Assembly (NCBI GenBank): GCA_002712715.1
Contig: PAUF01000007.1
Span: forward strand, 310,403 to 374,402
DNA length: 64,000 nt
Source of the DNA: Flavobacteriales bacterium
Lineage (GTDB): Bacteria > Bacteroidota > Bacteroidia > Flavobacteriales > BACL11
Direction of reading: 5' to 3'
Made by a program: the position numbers and the translations under genes. Positions 32,601-41,156 of the stretch are shown one piece after another (the first letter of the stretch is position 1; each line of letters starts with the position of its first letter). The notes beneath the pieces were generated by a model. It was not told where the DNA came from. It saw only the letters and a list, made by a program, of their open reading frames with translations, and searched no databases.

Positions 32601-33898
32601 ATGTAGTTATTACTTCAGATAAGAGTAAGTGGACAAGATGTGTTGTTGTGGAGGCTCAAGATAATTCATCTTTATCAGAAGGAAATCAGGTAAAATTAGG
32701 TTTAAGAAGCCATCCTTCTGTAGATAAAGATGGAAATGAGGATAATTCTGGAACTTTTGGAATGAGTTGGTTTCCAGGTTATGCAATAAATTTGGAAACA
32801 GGAGAAAGACTTAATATTATTTTTTCTGAAGACTCATGGTTAGCCGGTGAAAATGGTCGTGATATGAAATGGAATCCAACTTCTAGTATTATTACGGAAG
32901 ATTTTCCTGTATATTCTAGTGCTACTGGTAATTTTTCTGGAGGTAGTTATTTACATGGAGGTAAACATTTTATTTATATTATGGGTGGTGATGCTTCAGC
33001 TCTATCTGAGGAAGATTACTTAAATAATGACTTGAGCCCTTCATATGATGAAGGAGCGTGGATATATGAAAGATTAAAGGATACATCTAGTTCTTCTTAT
33101 GAAGCTACAATTGCTGGTGTATTTCAGCATTCGACCTGGGTTGGAGCACCTTTATTATCACCTGGAACAGGGTCTCAAATTTTCGGTAAAGATGGTTTAA
33201 ATTCTGCTAGAGTAAAGTTGCGAGTAAATTCTAGCTATAACCCTTATGTAAATGTAGAACAATCGAGTATTCTTAGTAAGAATGATGACTTAGTTATTGG
33301 GAATACATATTATGTAGCTGATAATAATTTACAGCCTCATAATTATAAATTACAGTTAACAAGGCCTAAGGTTCTTGGTGGTAAAAAGATTACTCATGAT
33401 GGATCTGATTATGAAGTAGGAGAAACATTTGTCGCTTCTTCAACATCATTTACTGGAAATTCTAAAGCAAGAGTCATTAGTGATGTGCCTTTAAATAATT
33501 TTAATCCAGTATATGAATTTAATACTACGGATTTAAAATCAGAAAAGAGTGATAGTGAAACTGCTATTAATGCTATGGATTTAATTAATGTTGTGCCTAA
33601 TCCGTATTATGGATACTCTTCCTATGAAACAGGGCAGTTAGATAATAGAGTAAAAATTATTAATTTACCTAAGAAAACAACAATTAGAATTTTTACAGTT
33701 AGTGGCACTTTAGTTAAAACCATTAAAAAATCAGATGATCTAACTTCTGCAGAATGGGATCTTAAGAATGATTATGGAATTCCTATCGCTAGTGGTTTAT
33801 ATGTTATTCATGTCAGAACAGTCATTGATGGTGTGGAAAAAGAGAAGGTGTTGAAATGGTTTGGGGTTCTTAGGCCTGTTGATTTGGATACATTCTAA
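29684..33898 (+). CDS. very large secreted hypothetical protein with T9SS type A-like C-terminal domain
   Basis: Signal peptide, with an alternative start at 29714 (MNLKNILLL...). No recognisable catalytic motif. The acidic DNDRDGDIDEPGE loop is present. The C-terminal VVPNPYY...IRIFTVSGTLVKT...ASGLYVIHV pattern resembles Por_Secre_tail. Confidence 0.6.
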   Translation: MIFKNKSFRNMNLKNILLLITIFTCIAVFSKENVPNPNASNSVTYSKIAAGCAPASSQTDLDVNNVRATILGGGDMWWNLSDAQYEIPKGSGLNSLFAGSLWIGGVDAGGQLKVAAMTYRQGGNDFWPGPLDVATATITADECVEWDKHFKINRSEVEEHVARIGIDPTYTSDQIPESITNWPAHGDPGQEHFLAPFFDVNGNGQYEPYDGDYPDYNITGDNDNASLYGDQTLFWIFNDKGNIHSETEADPIGLEIHAQAFGFTADNEINDMTFYNYKIINRSTLPLTDVYFGQWVDPDLGYYLDDYVACDVNLGLGICYNGDAEDEGAQGYGFNPPAIGVDFFQGPLADANDGIDNDRDGDIDEPGEQIIMSKFVYYNNDFTVRGNPENGTHIYNYLRGIWKDNVPMTYGGDGKGSGPGATSDLCNFMFPGVSDPDFPNQEWSEVTANNLPADRRFLQSAGPFTLEPGAVNTITTGVVWARANAGGNTASVGLVKVYDREAQALFDNNFDILNGPDAPDLSIRELDQELIVSLTNSESSNNYQQGYSEKDPYITLASNVDNQNYEFQGYLVYQLKDATVSVTDLDNPDKARLVFRTDIKDGIKGIVNQYLDPVMNVYTPVEEIPEVIASGVAGSVDEGIQSSFKIVDDKFALGSPTLVNHKTYYYMSLAYGFNLAEINAHPYDVNNPLYDGRNQPYIAGRRNIQTYTAIPHKVDPENGGTILGSNYGDGVKITRVEGTGNGGNNLSLMESTVDEILENGKSLFPTYNNGEGPITISVVDPLKIKGEDYTVILQDPIETQNIVTSYGRWKVLNGTQTLINSTKSIDVGIEHLFPNHGFSLKLNQVDNPTINPILNPSNGLISGSIEFDDPYDKWLTGVPDYDNEGFAYGMNWIRSGSYDNEDDDKLDDYFPDEDPSGIYESAVVETATIFGGFEITGATWAPYRFASHFNSGPAQPYYTSFPYSSAQTLTSVDVVITSDKSKWTRCVVVEAQDNSSLSEGNQVKLGLRSHPSVDKDGNEDNSGTFGMSWFPGYAINLETGERLNIIFSEDSWLAGENGRDMKWNPTSSIITEDFPVYSSATGNFSGGSYLHGGKHFIYIMGGDASALSEEDYLNNDLSPSYDEGAWIYERLKDTSSSSYEATIAGVFQHSTWVGAPLLSPGTGSQIFGKDGLNSARVKLRVNSSYNPYVNVEQSSILSKNDDLVIGNTYYVADNNLQPHNYKLQLTRPKVLGGKKITHDGSDYEVGETFVASSTSFTGNSKARVISDVPLNNFNPVYEFNTTDLKSEKSDSETAINAMDLINVVPNPYYGYSSYETGQLDNRVKIINLPKKTTIRIFTVSGTLVKTIKKSDDLTSAEWDLKNDYGIPIASGLYVIHVRTVIDGVEKEKVLKWFGVLRPVDLDTF

Positions 33899-33907
33899 TT
33901 ATAAAAA

Positions 33908-35011
33908 ATGAAAATTTTAAATATGGAAAATACGGTAAGGTTTTTTACGATAATAATTTTTGTAGGATTATTATTCAATAGTAATATGATTTATTCTCAA
34001 GAACAAGCGATTAGAGCTGGTTCTGCAGGAGCTTCAGAATTGTTGATTAATCCTTGGGTTAGATCTTCTGGATGGGGAGCTTCAAATGTTGCTGGTATAG
34101 TTGGTTTAGAAGCTCAATATTCTAATGTTGCTGGTCTTGCTTCTATTGAGAGAACTGAATTGATTTTTTCACAAACTTCTTGGTTACAGTATGGAAATGA
34201 GTTATTTAATCCTAATGAATCTGTCAGCAGTATTAGTAGTTTTGGTTTTGCTCAAAAAGTTGGTGAAGCCGGTGTGTTAGGTATGGGGATTATGTCTATG
34301 AATTTTGGTGATATTGAGGTAACAACAGTAGAAAATCCTGAGGGAGGTATTGGAACATTTTCGCCAAGGTTTATGAATATAGGTATTTCGTACGCACATA
34401 AGTTTTCTAATAGTATCCAAGGTGGAGCGACTATTCGAATGATATCTGAGCAAATTTCTGATGTAAGTGCTAATGGTTTATCTCTTGACGCTGGTATCCA
34501 GTATAGGACAGGAGAAAAGGATGAGTTAAAATTTGGTATTTCTTTTAAAAATTGGGGGCCAAGAATGTCTTTTGCCGGAGATGGTCTTTCATTTAGAGGA
34601 ATAATTCCTGGAGGTAGTGATGATGATTATAAAATGACAGTAGAGCAGCGTGGTAGTTTTTTTGATTTACCCGCCTTATTTAATATAGGTATGTCATATG
34701 ATATAAATATCTCTTCTTCACATAGATTGACGGGAGCAGGTACATTTACTTCTAATTCTTTTCAAAAAGATCAATATAGAATAGGTGGTGAATATTCATT
34801 TAAAAATTATCTTATGGTAAGGACTGGTTTTGTGTATGAGGAAGGATTATTAGATTTTGATACTAGAACAACAGCAGTTGTTGGTCCAACAGCTGGTTTT
34901 ACTGTGGAATTACCTATGGGCGATAATTCTACATTTGGTATTGATTATTCATACAGGTATACTTCACCATTTAAAGGGTGTCACGCTATAGGTTGTAGAA
35001 TAGACTTATAA
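33908..35011 (+). CDS. PorV/PorQ-family outer-membrane beta-barrel protein
   Basis: Signal peptide ending IYSQ. AGSAGASELLINPWVRSSGWGASNVAG...YSNVAGLA matches the N-terminal signature of the PorV/PorQ (UPF0164-like) family. Length is about 367 aa. Confidence 0.65.
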   Translation: MKILNMENTVRFFTIIIFVGLLFNSNMIYSQEQAIRAGSAGASELLINPWVRSSGWGASNVAGIVGLEAQYSNVAGLASIERTELIFSQTSWLQYGNELFNPNESVSSISSFGFAQKVGEAGVLGMGIMSMNFGDIEVTTVENPEGGIGTFSPRFMNIGISYAHKFSNSIQGGATIRMISEQISDVSANGLSLDAGIQYRTGEKDELKFGISFKNWGPRMSFAGDGLSFRGIIPGGSDDDYKMTVEQRGSFFDLPALFNIGMSYDINISSSHRLTGAGTFTSNSFQKDQYRIGGEYSFKNYLMVRTGFVYEEGLLDFDTRTTAVVGPTAGFTVELPMGDNSTFGIDYSYRYTSPFKGCHAIGCRIDL

Positions 35012-35051
35012 ATTATTCATTTAGATTATAAATTTTTAAAAGTATTATAGT

Positions 35052-35528
35052 ATGAAAGATATTCAGTATTTTACAGAGGAAGGCTATCAAAAATTGAAAA
35101 ATGAATTAGATCATTTAAAAAGTGTTGAACGTCCTAAAATTATTTCTCAGATAGCTGAAGCTAGAGATAAAGGTGATTTATCTGAAAATGCTGAATATGA
35201 TGCTGCTAAGGAAGCTCAAGGCCATTTAGAAGATAAGATTAATAAACTTGAAAATTTATTTTCTAAAGCTAGAATTATAGATACTTCAAAATTAGCGACT
35301 GATTCAGTAAGGCTCTTAACTAAGGTAACTATAAAGAATTTAAGTAATGATATGAAAATGACTTACGCTATTGTTCCAGAGGCAGAGGCTAATTTAAAGG
35401 AACATAAAATATCAGTATCTTCACCGATAGGAAAAGGATTGCTAGGTAAAAAGGTTGGAGATACAGCTTCAATACAGGTGCCTAATGTAGAAATAGATTT
35501 TAAGATTATGGATATTCATTCGATATAA
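35052..35528 (+). CDS. greA: transcription elongation factor GreA
   Basis: EARDKGDLSENAEYDAAKE coiled-coil motif and a C-terminal FKBP-like domain. Length is 158 aa. Confidence 0.95.
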   Translation: MKDIQYFTEEGYQKLKNELDHLKSVERPKIISQIAEARDKGDLSENAEYDAAKEAQGHLEDKINKLENLFSKARIIDTSKLATDSVRLLTKVTIKNLSNDMKMTYAIVPEAEANLKEHKISVSSPIGKGLLGKKVGDTASIQVPNVEIDFKIMDIHSI

Positions 35529-35531
35529 TTA

Positions 35532-35927
35532 ATGTCTAGTATTTTTACCCAAATAATAAGCGGAAGATTAAAGTGTTATAAAATTTATGAAGATGATTTG
35601 CATTTTGCATTTTTAGACATTTCTCCTTTGACTTTAGGTCATACTTTAGTAGTTCCAAAAAAAGAAGTAGATTATATTTTTGATCTTTCTCAAAAGCAAT
35701 ATACAGATTTATGGAATTGTGCGAAAAAAATAGCAAAAGGAATTGATAAATCTATTCCTTGTACAAGAATATCTATATCTGTAGTTGGGCTTGAGGTACC
35801 CCATGTTCATATACATCTCGTACCAATTAATAGTATTGAAGATCTAAACTTTTCAAATAAAAGGATGAAAATAAGTGATGAAAAAATGATGGGAATTAGA
35901 GATTTAATAGTAAGTAAATTATTTTAG
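35532..35927 (+). CDS. HIT family (histidine triad) protein
   Basis: The HVHIHLVP histidine triad and an upstream GHTLVVPK motif. Confidence 0.9.
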   Translation: MSSIFTQIISGRLKCYKIYEDDLHFAFLDISPLTLGHTLVVPKKEVDYIFDLSQKQYTDLWNCAKKIAKGIDKSIPCTRISISVVGLEVPHVHIHLVPINSIEDLNFSNKRMKISDEKMMGIRDLIVSKLF

Positions 35928-36470
35928 TTTTTCAGGATTGTCTTTAATAAAAGACTTCCAATTTGAGTGTTTTTTTGATTTGCCATATGTACTTCCTTGA
36001 AAATAATGACATGTAGCGGCTGCTAAGCCATCAGTTGCATCCAAATGTTTTGGCATAGATTTAATTTCAAATAAAGATTTAAGCATCGATGCTACTTGAA
36101 TCTTAGAAGCGTTTCCATTACCTGTAATAGATTTTTTAATTTTTTTTGGAGTGTATTCAAATATTGGAACATTTCTATATAAAGCTGCCGCCATAGCTAC
36201 CCCTTGAGCTCTGCCTAGCTTTAACATAGATTGCACATTTTTACCAAAAAAAGGAGCTTCTAATGAAACTTCATCAGGATGATACTCGTCTACTAATGCA
36301 ATTGTCCTATTAAATATTTTTTTTAATTTAAGCGCATGCCCATCTATTTTTTCTAGATGAATAACACCCATTTGAACAAGATGAGCTTTTTTTCCTGCTA
36401 TACAGATCACTCCATAACCCATTATATTAGTACCTGGATCAATTCCTAGTATAATCCTATCGTTTTCCAA
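35919..36470 (-). CDS. ruvC: crossover junction endodeoxyribonuclease RuvC
   Basis: [17 protein letters not shown]-terminus, [11 protein letters not shown] and [12 protein letters not shown] motifs. Confidence 0.93.
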   Translation of the reverse strand: MENDRIILGIDPGTNIMGYGVICIAGKKAHLVQMGVIHLEKIDGHALKLKKIFNRTIALVDEYHPDEVSLEAPFFGKNVQSMLKLGRAQGVAMAAALYRNVPIFEYTPKKIKKSITGNGNASKIQVASMLKSLFEIKSMPKHLDATDGLAAATCHYFQGSTYGKSKKHSNWKSFIKDNPEKLK

Positions 36471-36501
36471 TTTTTTAATATTATCTTGTCAAATTTAACA
36501 A

Positions 36502-37665
36502 ATGATTACTACTTTTTTATATTTTTCATTTATGTTTATTTATAATATTTTATTTTATGCAGTTTTGATAATATTGATATTATATGCTATTGTTTTTTAT
36601 ATATACGGAAAATTTTGGAGATCTTATGATAAATATATTGAATATGATATAGATGAAAAACATGTTAGTGTAGTAATTGCTCATCGAAATGATTTTGAAC
36701 GAATTTGTTCATTGATTAGTGATTTAGAAAATCAAGACTGTACAAATTTAATATATGAATTAATTATTGTGGATGATCATTCTGAAAAAACACAGTTAGA
36801 AAATTTAAAAAATATAATTTCTGAAAAGCGGTGGATAAAATTGGTTTCATTGACTGATGGTATAAATGGAAAAAAAAATGCGATGAAATTAGGAGTTGAA
36901 AGTTCCCAAGGTACGATAATATTGTCTACTGATTCTGATTGTAGAGTCTTAAGATCATGGGTTAGGACAATGGTCAACTTCTTTCATGAAAAAGATCTAA
37001 ATGTTGTATGTGCTCCTGTCACTTTAATTCGTAGGCAGGGTTTTTTTTATATTTTTCAGGTATTAGATTTTTTGTCTCTAGTAGCTGCAGGTGGCGGTTC
37101 TATGAATATAAATAAACCAATTTTTTGTAGTGGAGCAAATATTGCATTTAGAAAAGAAATTTATGAAGGAATATCTGATAGTGTTTTTGAGGATTTTGCA
37201 ACTGATGATGTTTCTATGATAAACTATATAAATTCTGTATATAGTAAATCTGTTTTTTTTTTAAAACATAAAGAAGCTATTGTATCTACACATTCTAATA
37301 TTAATTTATCATCATTTATTAGACAGAAGATTCGTTGGATTCATTTTGCGAAGAAGGAGAAAAATATTTATTCTTTAATAATAGCAATTGTTGTTTTCTT
37401 AGCAAATTTACTTTTGTTTTTAAGTTTTATTTTTTTATTTTTTGATATGTTTTCTAGTGTTTCTATATTAGTTTTTTTGAATATTGTTATTGTAAAATGG
37501 TGTATAGATTATTATTTCATTAAACCAGTATTGAGTTTTTTTGGATATAAGCATTTAGCTAAATATATTTTCCCTTTTCAGATAATTTATGCGATATATA
37601 GTACAGTTATTGTACTTTTGTCCTATATACTTAAGCCGAAATGGAAAGGAAGAGAAATACATTAA
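36502..37665 (+). CDS. family 2 glycosyltransferase, membrane-integrated
   Basis: VSVVIAHRND, IIVDDHS, TDSDC and QKIRW-type motifs, plus N- and C-terminal TM helices. Confidence 0.75.
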   Translation: MITTFLYFSFMFIYNILFYAVLIILILYAIVFYIYGKFWRSYDKYIEYDIDEKHVSVVIAHRNDFERICSLISDLENQDCTNLIYELIIVDDHSEKTQLENLKNIISEKRWIKLVSLTDGINGKKNAMKLGVESSQGTIILSTDSDCRVLRSWVRTMVNFFHEKDLNVVCAPVTLIRRQGFFYIFQVLDFLSLVAAGGGSMNINKPIFCSGANIAFRKEIYEGISDSVFEDFATDDVSMINYINSVYSKSVFFLKHKEAIVSTHSNINLSSFIRQKIRWIHFAKKEKNIYSLIIAIVVFLANLLLFLSFIFLFFDMFSSVSILVFLNIVIVKWCIDYYFIKPVLSFFGYKHLAKYIFPFQIIYAIYSTVIVLLSYILKPKWKGREIH

Positions 37666-38708
37666 ATAGGAATTCCTGGAGAAATTTTTTTTCTGACAAG
37701 CTGTCTTTTGTTGCTTTTATATTCATTTTTATCCTTTTTATTTTATCGGTATTTTCTTACCAGTTTATGATTGATAATTCTCCTAACGCAAGTGGGCAAA
37801 TGCATATTGAAATATCAATGTTAAATCCTGGTTCTAAAATTACAATGTTAAATATTCCACGAAATAAAGATGAAATTAATGATCAGAATTTTATAAATAA
37901 GTTTTTTTTCGGTACAGAACCTAATTCGTATAGCGTACCTATTAGTTCGTATAACTCATTTGATAGTGGAATTAGTTACAATGTTTATAATAGTAATCAA
38001 CAAGGAGTTTATTACGGTAATGATTATAATATAGAAGAAAAAACATATTATTTAGGAAGTGATAAATATGGTAGAGATTTTTTTAGTAGAATAATTTGTG
38101 GTACTAGAGTGTCATTTTCTGTTGGTTTTATCTCTGTATTGATTTCATTGTTTATAGGAGTTTTACTAGGATCTCTTTCTGGTTTTTTTCGTGGTAAGAT
38201 AGATGAAATCATTATGTGGGTGATAAATGTTGTTTGGTCAATACCTACTTTATTAATGGTTATTTCAGTTGCCTTGATCTTGGGTAAAGGTTTTTGGCAG
38301 GTATTTATCGCTGTGGGATTGACAATGTGGGTGGATATTGCAAGGATTGTAAGAGGTCAATTTTTATTAGAAAGGGAGAAGGAATATGTTGATGCAGGAA
38401 GATCTTTAGCTTTTTCTAATTTTCGCATAATTTTCTTGCACATTTTACCAAATGTAGTTTCACCTATAATTGTTGTGTGTGCGGCTAATTTTGCGGCAGC
38501 TATATTATTAGAATCGGGGTTAAGTTTTCTTGGATTTGGAGTGCAGCCGCCACTCCCTAGTTGGGGATCTATAATCAAAGATCATTATCATTATGTCATC
38601 ATGGATAAGATGTATTTAGCTGTTATACCGGGAATAGCAATTATTCTATCAGTATTATCATTTATGATATTAGGGAATGGCGTACACAAATCTTTTGAAA
38701 GCAGTTAG
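37641..38708 (+). CDS. ABC transporter permease (DppC/OppC-type), orphan
   Basis: The ESGLSFLGFGVQPPLPSWGSII EAA-loop region and a long periplasmic loop after TM1. No ATPase or binding-protein gene is adjacent. The start is uncertain because it overlaps the GT2 gene by 25 nt. Confidence 0.75.
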   Translation: MERKRNTLNRNSWRNFFSDKLSFVAFIFIFILFILSVFSYQFMIDNSPNASGQMHIEISMLNPGSKITMLNIPRNKDEINDQNFINKFFFGTEPNSYSVPISSYNSFDSGISYNVYNSNQQGVYYGNDYNIEEKTYYLGSDKYGRDFFSRIICGTRVSFSVGFISVLISLFIGVLLGSLSGFFRGKIDEIIMWVINVVWSIPTLLMVISVALILGKGFWQVFIAVGLTMWVDIARIVRGQFLLEREKEYVDAGRSLAFSNFRIIFLHILPNVVSPIIVVCAANFAAAILLESGLSFLGFGVQPPLPSWGSIIKDHYHYVIMDKMYLAVIPGIAIILSVLSFMILGNGVHKSFESS

Positions 38709-38720
38709 TTAGAATGGAAT

Positions 38721-38743
38721 AGAGCTTAATAAGCTCTTTTATT
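38721..38743 (+). terminator. possible terminator hairpin after the ABC permease gene
   Basis: agagctt-aat-aagctct is a 7-bp stem followed by tttatt. It overlaps the stop codon of convergent purF. Confidence 0.35.
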
Positions 38744-40621
38744 ATTACCTTCTATATAATTAATGAAAGATGTGTTTAATACTTTTAATCCCCCAGGAGT
38801 TGGGTACTTTCCAGTAAAATACCAGTCACCTCTATGATTAGGACATGATGCGTGGAGATCAGATATGCTTTGATAAATAATTTGGATTTTGGATTTTGTA
38901 TTTTTTGGCGTTAAAAGTGTTGCGATTTTTTTAGATATTTTTTCAGATGAATATTCCTGATATATTTCCTGAACATAATTTACCATATGTTCTTTATTTT
39001 TCTCTGATTGAGATTTGCATTTTTTGTAAACTTCCTTTATGACATTATCCTTATTTTCTTCTTTGAGTAGTTCAATTGCTGCTTGAAAAGCTATGAAGTC
39101 TCCCATTTTCGCCATATCGATTCCATAACAGTCAGGATATCTAATTTGAGGAGCTGATGAAACAATAATTATTTTTTTAGGATTTAATCTATCAAGCATT
39201 CTCAGGATTGATTGTTTAAGGGTTGTTCCTCTAACTATACTGTCATCTATCATTACCAGATTGTCTGTTTTTTTGACTTTTCCATAAGTGATGTCATATA
39301 TATGAGTAACCAGATCATCTCGACTTTCATCAGATGTAATAAAGGTTCTAAGTTTAGCGTCTTTTATAGCTATTTTTTCAGCTCTTGGAGATATGTTCAT
39401 TATTTCTGAGATTTTCTTTTTATCCAGATCATTTCCTAAGCTTTTTATTTTTTTACTTTTCACCTCATTTAAGTATTCATTACATCCTTTAAGTAGTCCG
39501 TAATATGAGACTTCTGCTGTATTAGGAATGTATGAAAAAACAGTATTCTTAACATCATTATCTATTAATTTGAGTACTCTTGGAAAAATTCTTCTCCCTA
39601 ATTCAAGTCTTTCTTGATATATATCCTCATCATTTCCTCTAGAAAAATAGATTCTTTCAAAAGAGCATGAGGTATTAGATAATGGTTTTCGTACCTGTTT
39701 TTCTATAACTTTACCATCTTTTTTAATTATAAGGGCGTGACCCCTTTTAATTTCTTTAATGCGTGAGTTGGGAACATTAAAAGAGGTTTGAATTACTGGT
39801 CTCTCAGAAGTTACAACAACTATTTCATCGTTTTTGTAGTAATATGCAGGCCTAATTCCATTTGGATCTCTGAGAGCAAAAGCGTCACCATGACCAATAA
39901 AACCACACATTACATATCCTCCATCCCAATATTTAGCAGATTGTTTAAGTATTGAGGTCAAATCTAAATCTCTTTCAATTATAGAACTAATCTCTTTTTT
40001 AGAAACTTTTGATTTGTTTTTATAGTATATTTTGTCATTTTCTTCATCTAAGAAGTGGCCTATTTTTTCTAAAATAGTTATTGTGTCAGATTTTTGTTTT
40101 GGATGTTGTCCAAGGTCAACTAGCTGATTAAATAATTCATCAACATTAGTCATATTGAAATTACCTGCTAAAACAAGATTTCTAGTTTTCCAATTATTCT
40201 GTCTAAGAAAAGGATGACATTGTTCAATTGTGTTTCCACCGAAAGTTCCATATCTTAAATGTCCTAGAAATAATTCTCCAGTAAAAGGAAGGTTGTTTTT
40301 TAACCATTTACAGTCTAATAGTTTTGAAGGGTTTGTAGATTCTAATTCTATAAATCTATTGTTTATTTCGGAAAAAATATTTTGAATCGGATTAGATGAT
40401 ACAGATCTTTTCCTACTAATATATCTTTTTCCTGCAGGTATATCTAATTTAAGATTAGCAAGTCCAACGCCATCTTGACCTCGATTATGCTGTTTCTGCA
40501 TTAATAGAAACATTTTATTTAATCCATAAAATGAGCTTCCGTATTTTTTTTGATAGAATGCCAGCGGCTTTAGTAATCTTAGCATTGCAATACCACATTC
40601 ATGTTTTATTATATCACTCAT
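38726..40621 (-). CDS. purF: amidophosphoribosyltransferase (long Bacteroidota form)
   Basis: The N-terminal propeptide ends in the catalytic Cys (IIKHECGIAML). Ntn amidotransferase domain and a PRTase motif VMIDDSIVRGTT. Confidence 0.9.
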   Translation of the reverse strand: MSDIIKHECGIAMLRLLKPLAFYQKKYGSSFYGLNKMFLLMQKQHNRGQDGVGLANLKLDIPAGKRYISRKRSVSSNPIQNIFSEINNRFIELESTNPSKLLDCKWLKNNLPFTGELFLGHLRYGTFGGNTIEQCHPFLRQNNWKTRNLVLAGNFNMTNVDELFNQLVDLGQHPKQKSDTITILEKIGHFLDEENDKIYYKNKSKVSKKEISSIIERDLDLTSILKQSAKYWDGGYVMCGFIGHGDAFALRDPNGIRPAYYYKNDEIVVVTSERPVIQTSFNVPNSRIKEIKRGHALIIKKDGKVIEKQVRKPLSNTSCSFERIYFSRGNDEDIYQERLELGRRIFPRVLKLIDNDVKNTVFSYIPNTAEVSYYGLLKGCNEYLNEVKSKKIKSLGNDLDKKKISEIMNISPRAEKIAIKDAKLRTFITSDESRDDLVTHIYDITYGKVKKTDNLVMIDDSIVRGTTLKQSILRMLDRLNPKKIIIVSSAPQIRYPDCYGIDMAKMGDFIAFQAAIELLKEENKDNVIKEVYKKCKSQSEKNKEHMVNYVQEIYQEYSSEKISKKIATLLTPKNTKSKIQIIYQSISDLHASCPNHRGDWYFTGKYPTPGGLKVLNTSFINYIEGNNKRAY

Positions 40622-40648
40622 TTAAAGTTTTAGTATTTATAGAGGTTA

Positions 40649-40656
40649 CAAATTTA
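40649..40656 (-). promoter_or_regulatory. Bacteroidota -7 box TAAATTTG upstream of purF
   Basis: The reverse complement of caaattta matches TAnnTTTG, 28 nt upstream of the purF ATG, in the 41-nt gap after the glutaredoxin-like gene. Confidence 0.45.
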
Positions 40657-40662
40657 AGTTTT

Positions 40663-40896
40663 TTAAACTATTAATGATAAGATTTTATTAATTCCTGGAT
40701 TTGCATATACTTTATCTTTAATTTTAACTGTTGGAATTACTCTCTTTCCATTATTGATTTTTTCAACAAAACTTATTGCTTCGTCATTGTCTGTAATAAT
40801 TATATATTCATAATCAATATTATGATCTTCTAGAAATTCTTTTAAGATCATACAATCTCTACACCAGTCTGCGCCGTAAATTATAATATTCTTCAT
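40663..40896 (-). CDS. glutaredoxin-like thioredoxin-fold protein (CxxC)
   Basis: 77 aa. IIIYGADWCRDCMILKEFL active site and a cis-Pro region RVIPTV. Confidence 0.8.
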   Translation of the reverse strand: MKNIIIYGADWCRDCMILKEFLEDHNIDYEYIIITDNDEAISFVEKINNGKRVIPTVKIKDKVYANPGINKILSLIV

Positions 40897-41156
40897 ATAG
40901 CTTTAAATATAAAGGTTTTATCATTTTGAATTAACCTACATTCCATGCAATGAGAGATATAGGTAAATTGGTATTTATCCTTAATATCAAAATCTTTTTG
41001 ATCACATCTAAAAATTTTAGAACAGTCTAATTCTCCAATTTCATTATATCTCTCTATTCTATAATTATCGTCATACTTATCAATATGAAACCATGCGTTA
41101 GATCCAACGCCAATAAGTATCTGGGAATCTTTATGAATGTTTTTAGGTTTCCTCAT
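40893..41156 (-). CDS. small hypothetical protein with four Cys (Cx5C...Cx2C)
   Basis: 87 aa with C45, C51, C70 and C73. It shares an ATGA stop/start overlap with the glutaredoxin-like gene and a 14-nt overlap with the upstream gene. Confidence 0.5.
   Translation of the reverse strand: MRKPKNIHKDSQILIGVGSNAWFHIDKYDDNYRIERYNEIGELDCSKIFRCDQKDFDIKDKYQFTYISHCMECRLIQNDKTFIFKAI

Noticed and set aside
25919-33898. Reading the receptor plus downstream gene as a SusC/SusD polysaccharide utilisation pair, or ORF2 plus ORF3 as the housekeeping porU-porV pair
   Set aside because: ORF2 has no lipobox, is far larger than SusD and shows no TPR-like SusD pattern. I also saw no gingipain-type Cys/His peptidase motifs expected of PorU, and ORF3 lacks the canonical PorV N-terminal pattern. 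The porU-porV reading cannot be fully excluded without HMM searches and is listed as a refutation test.
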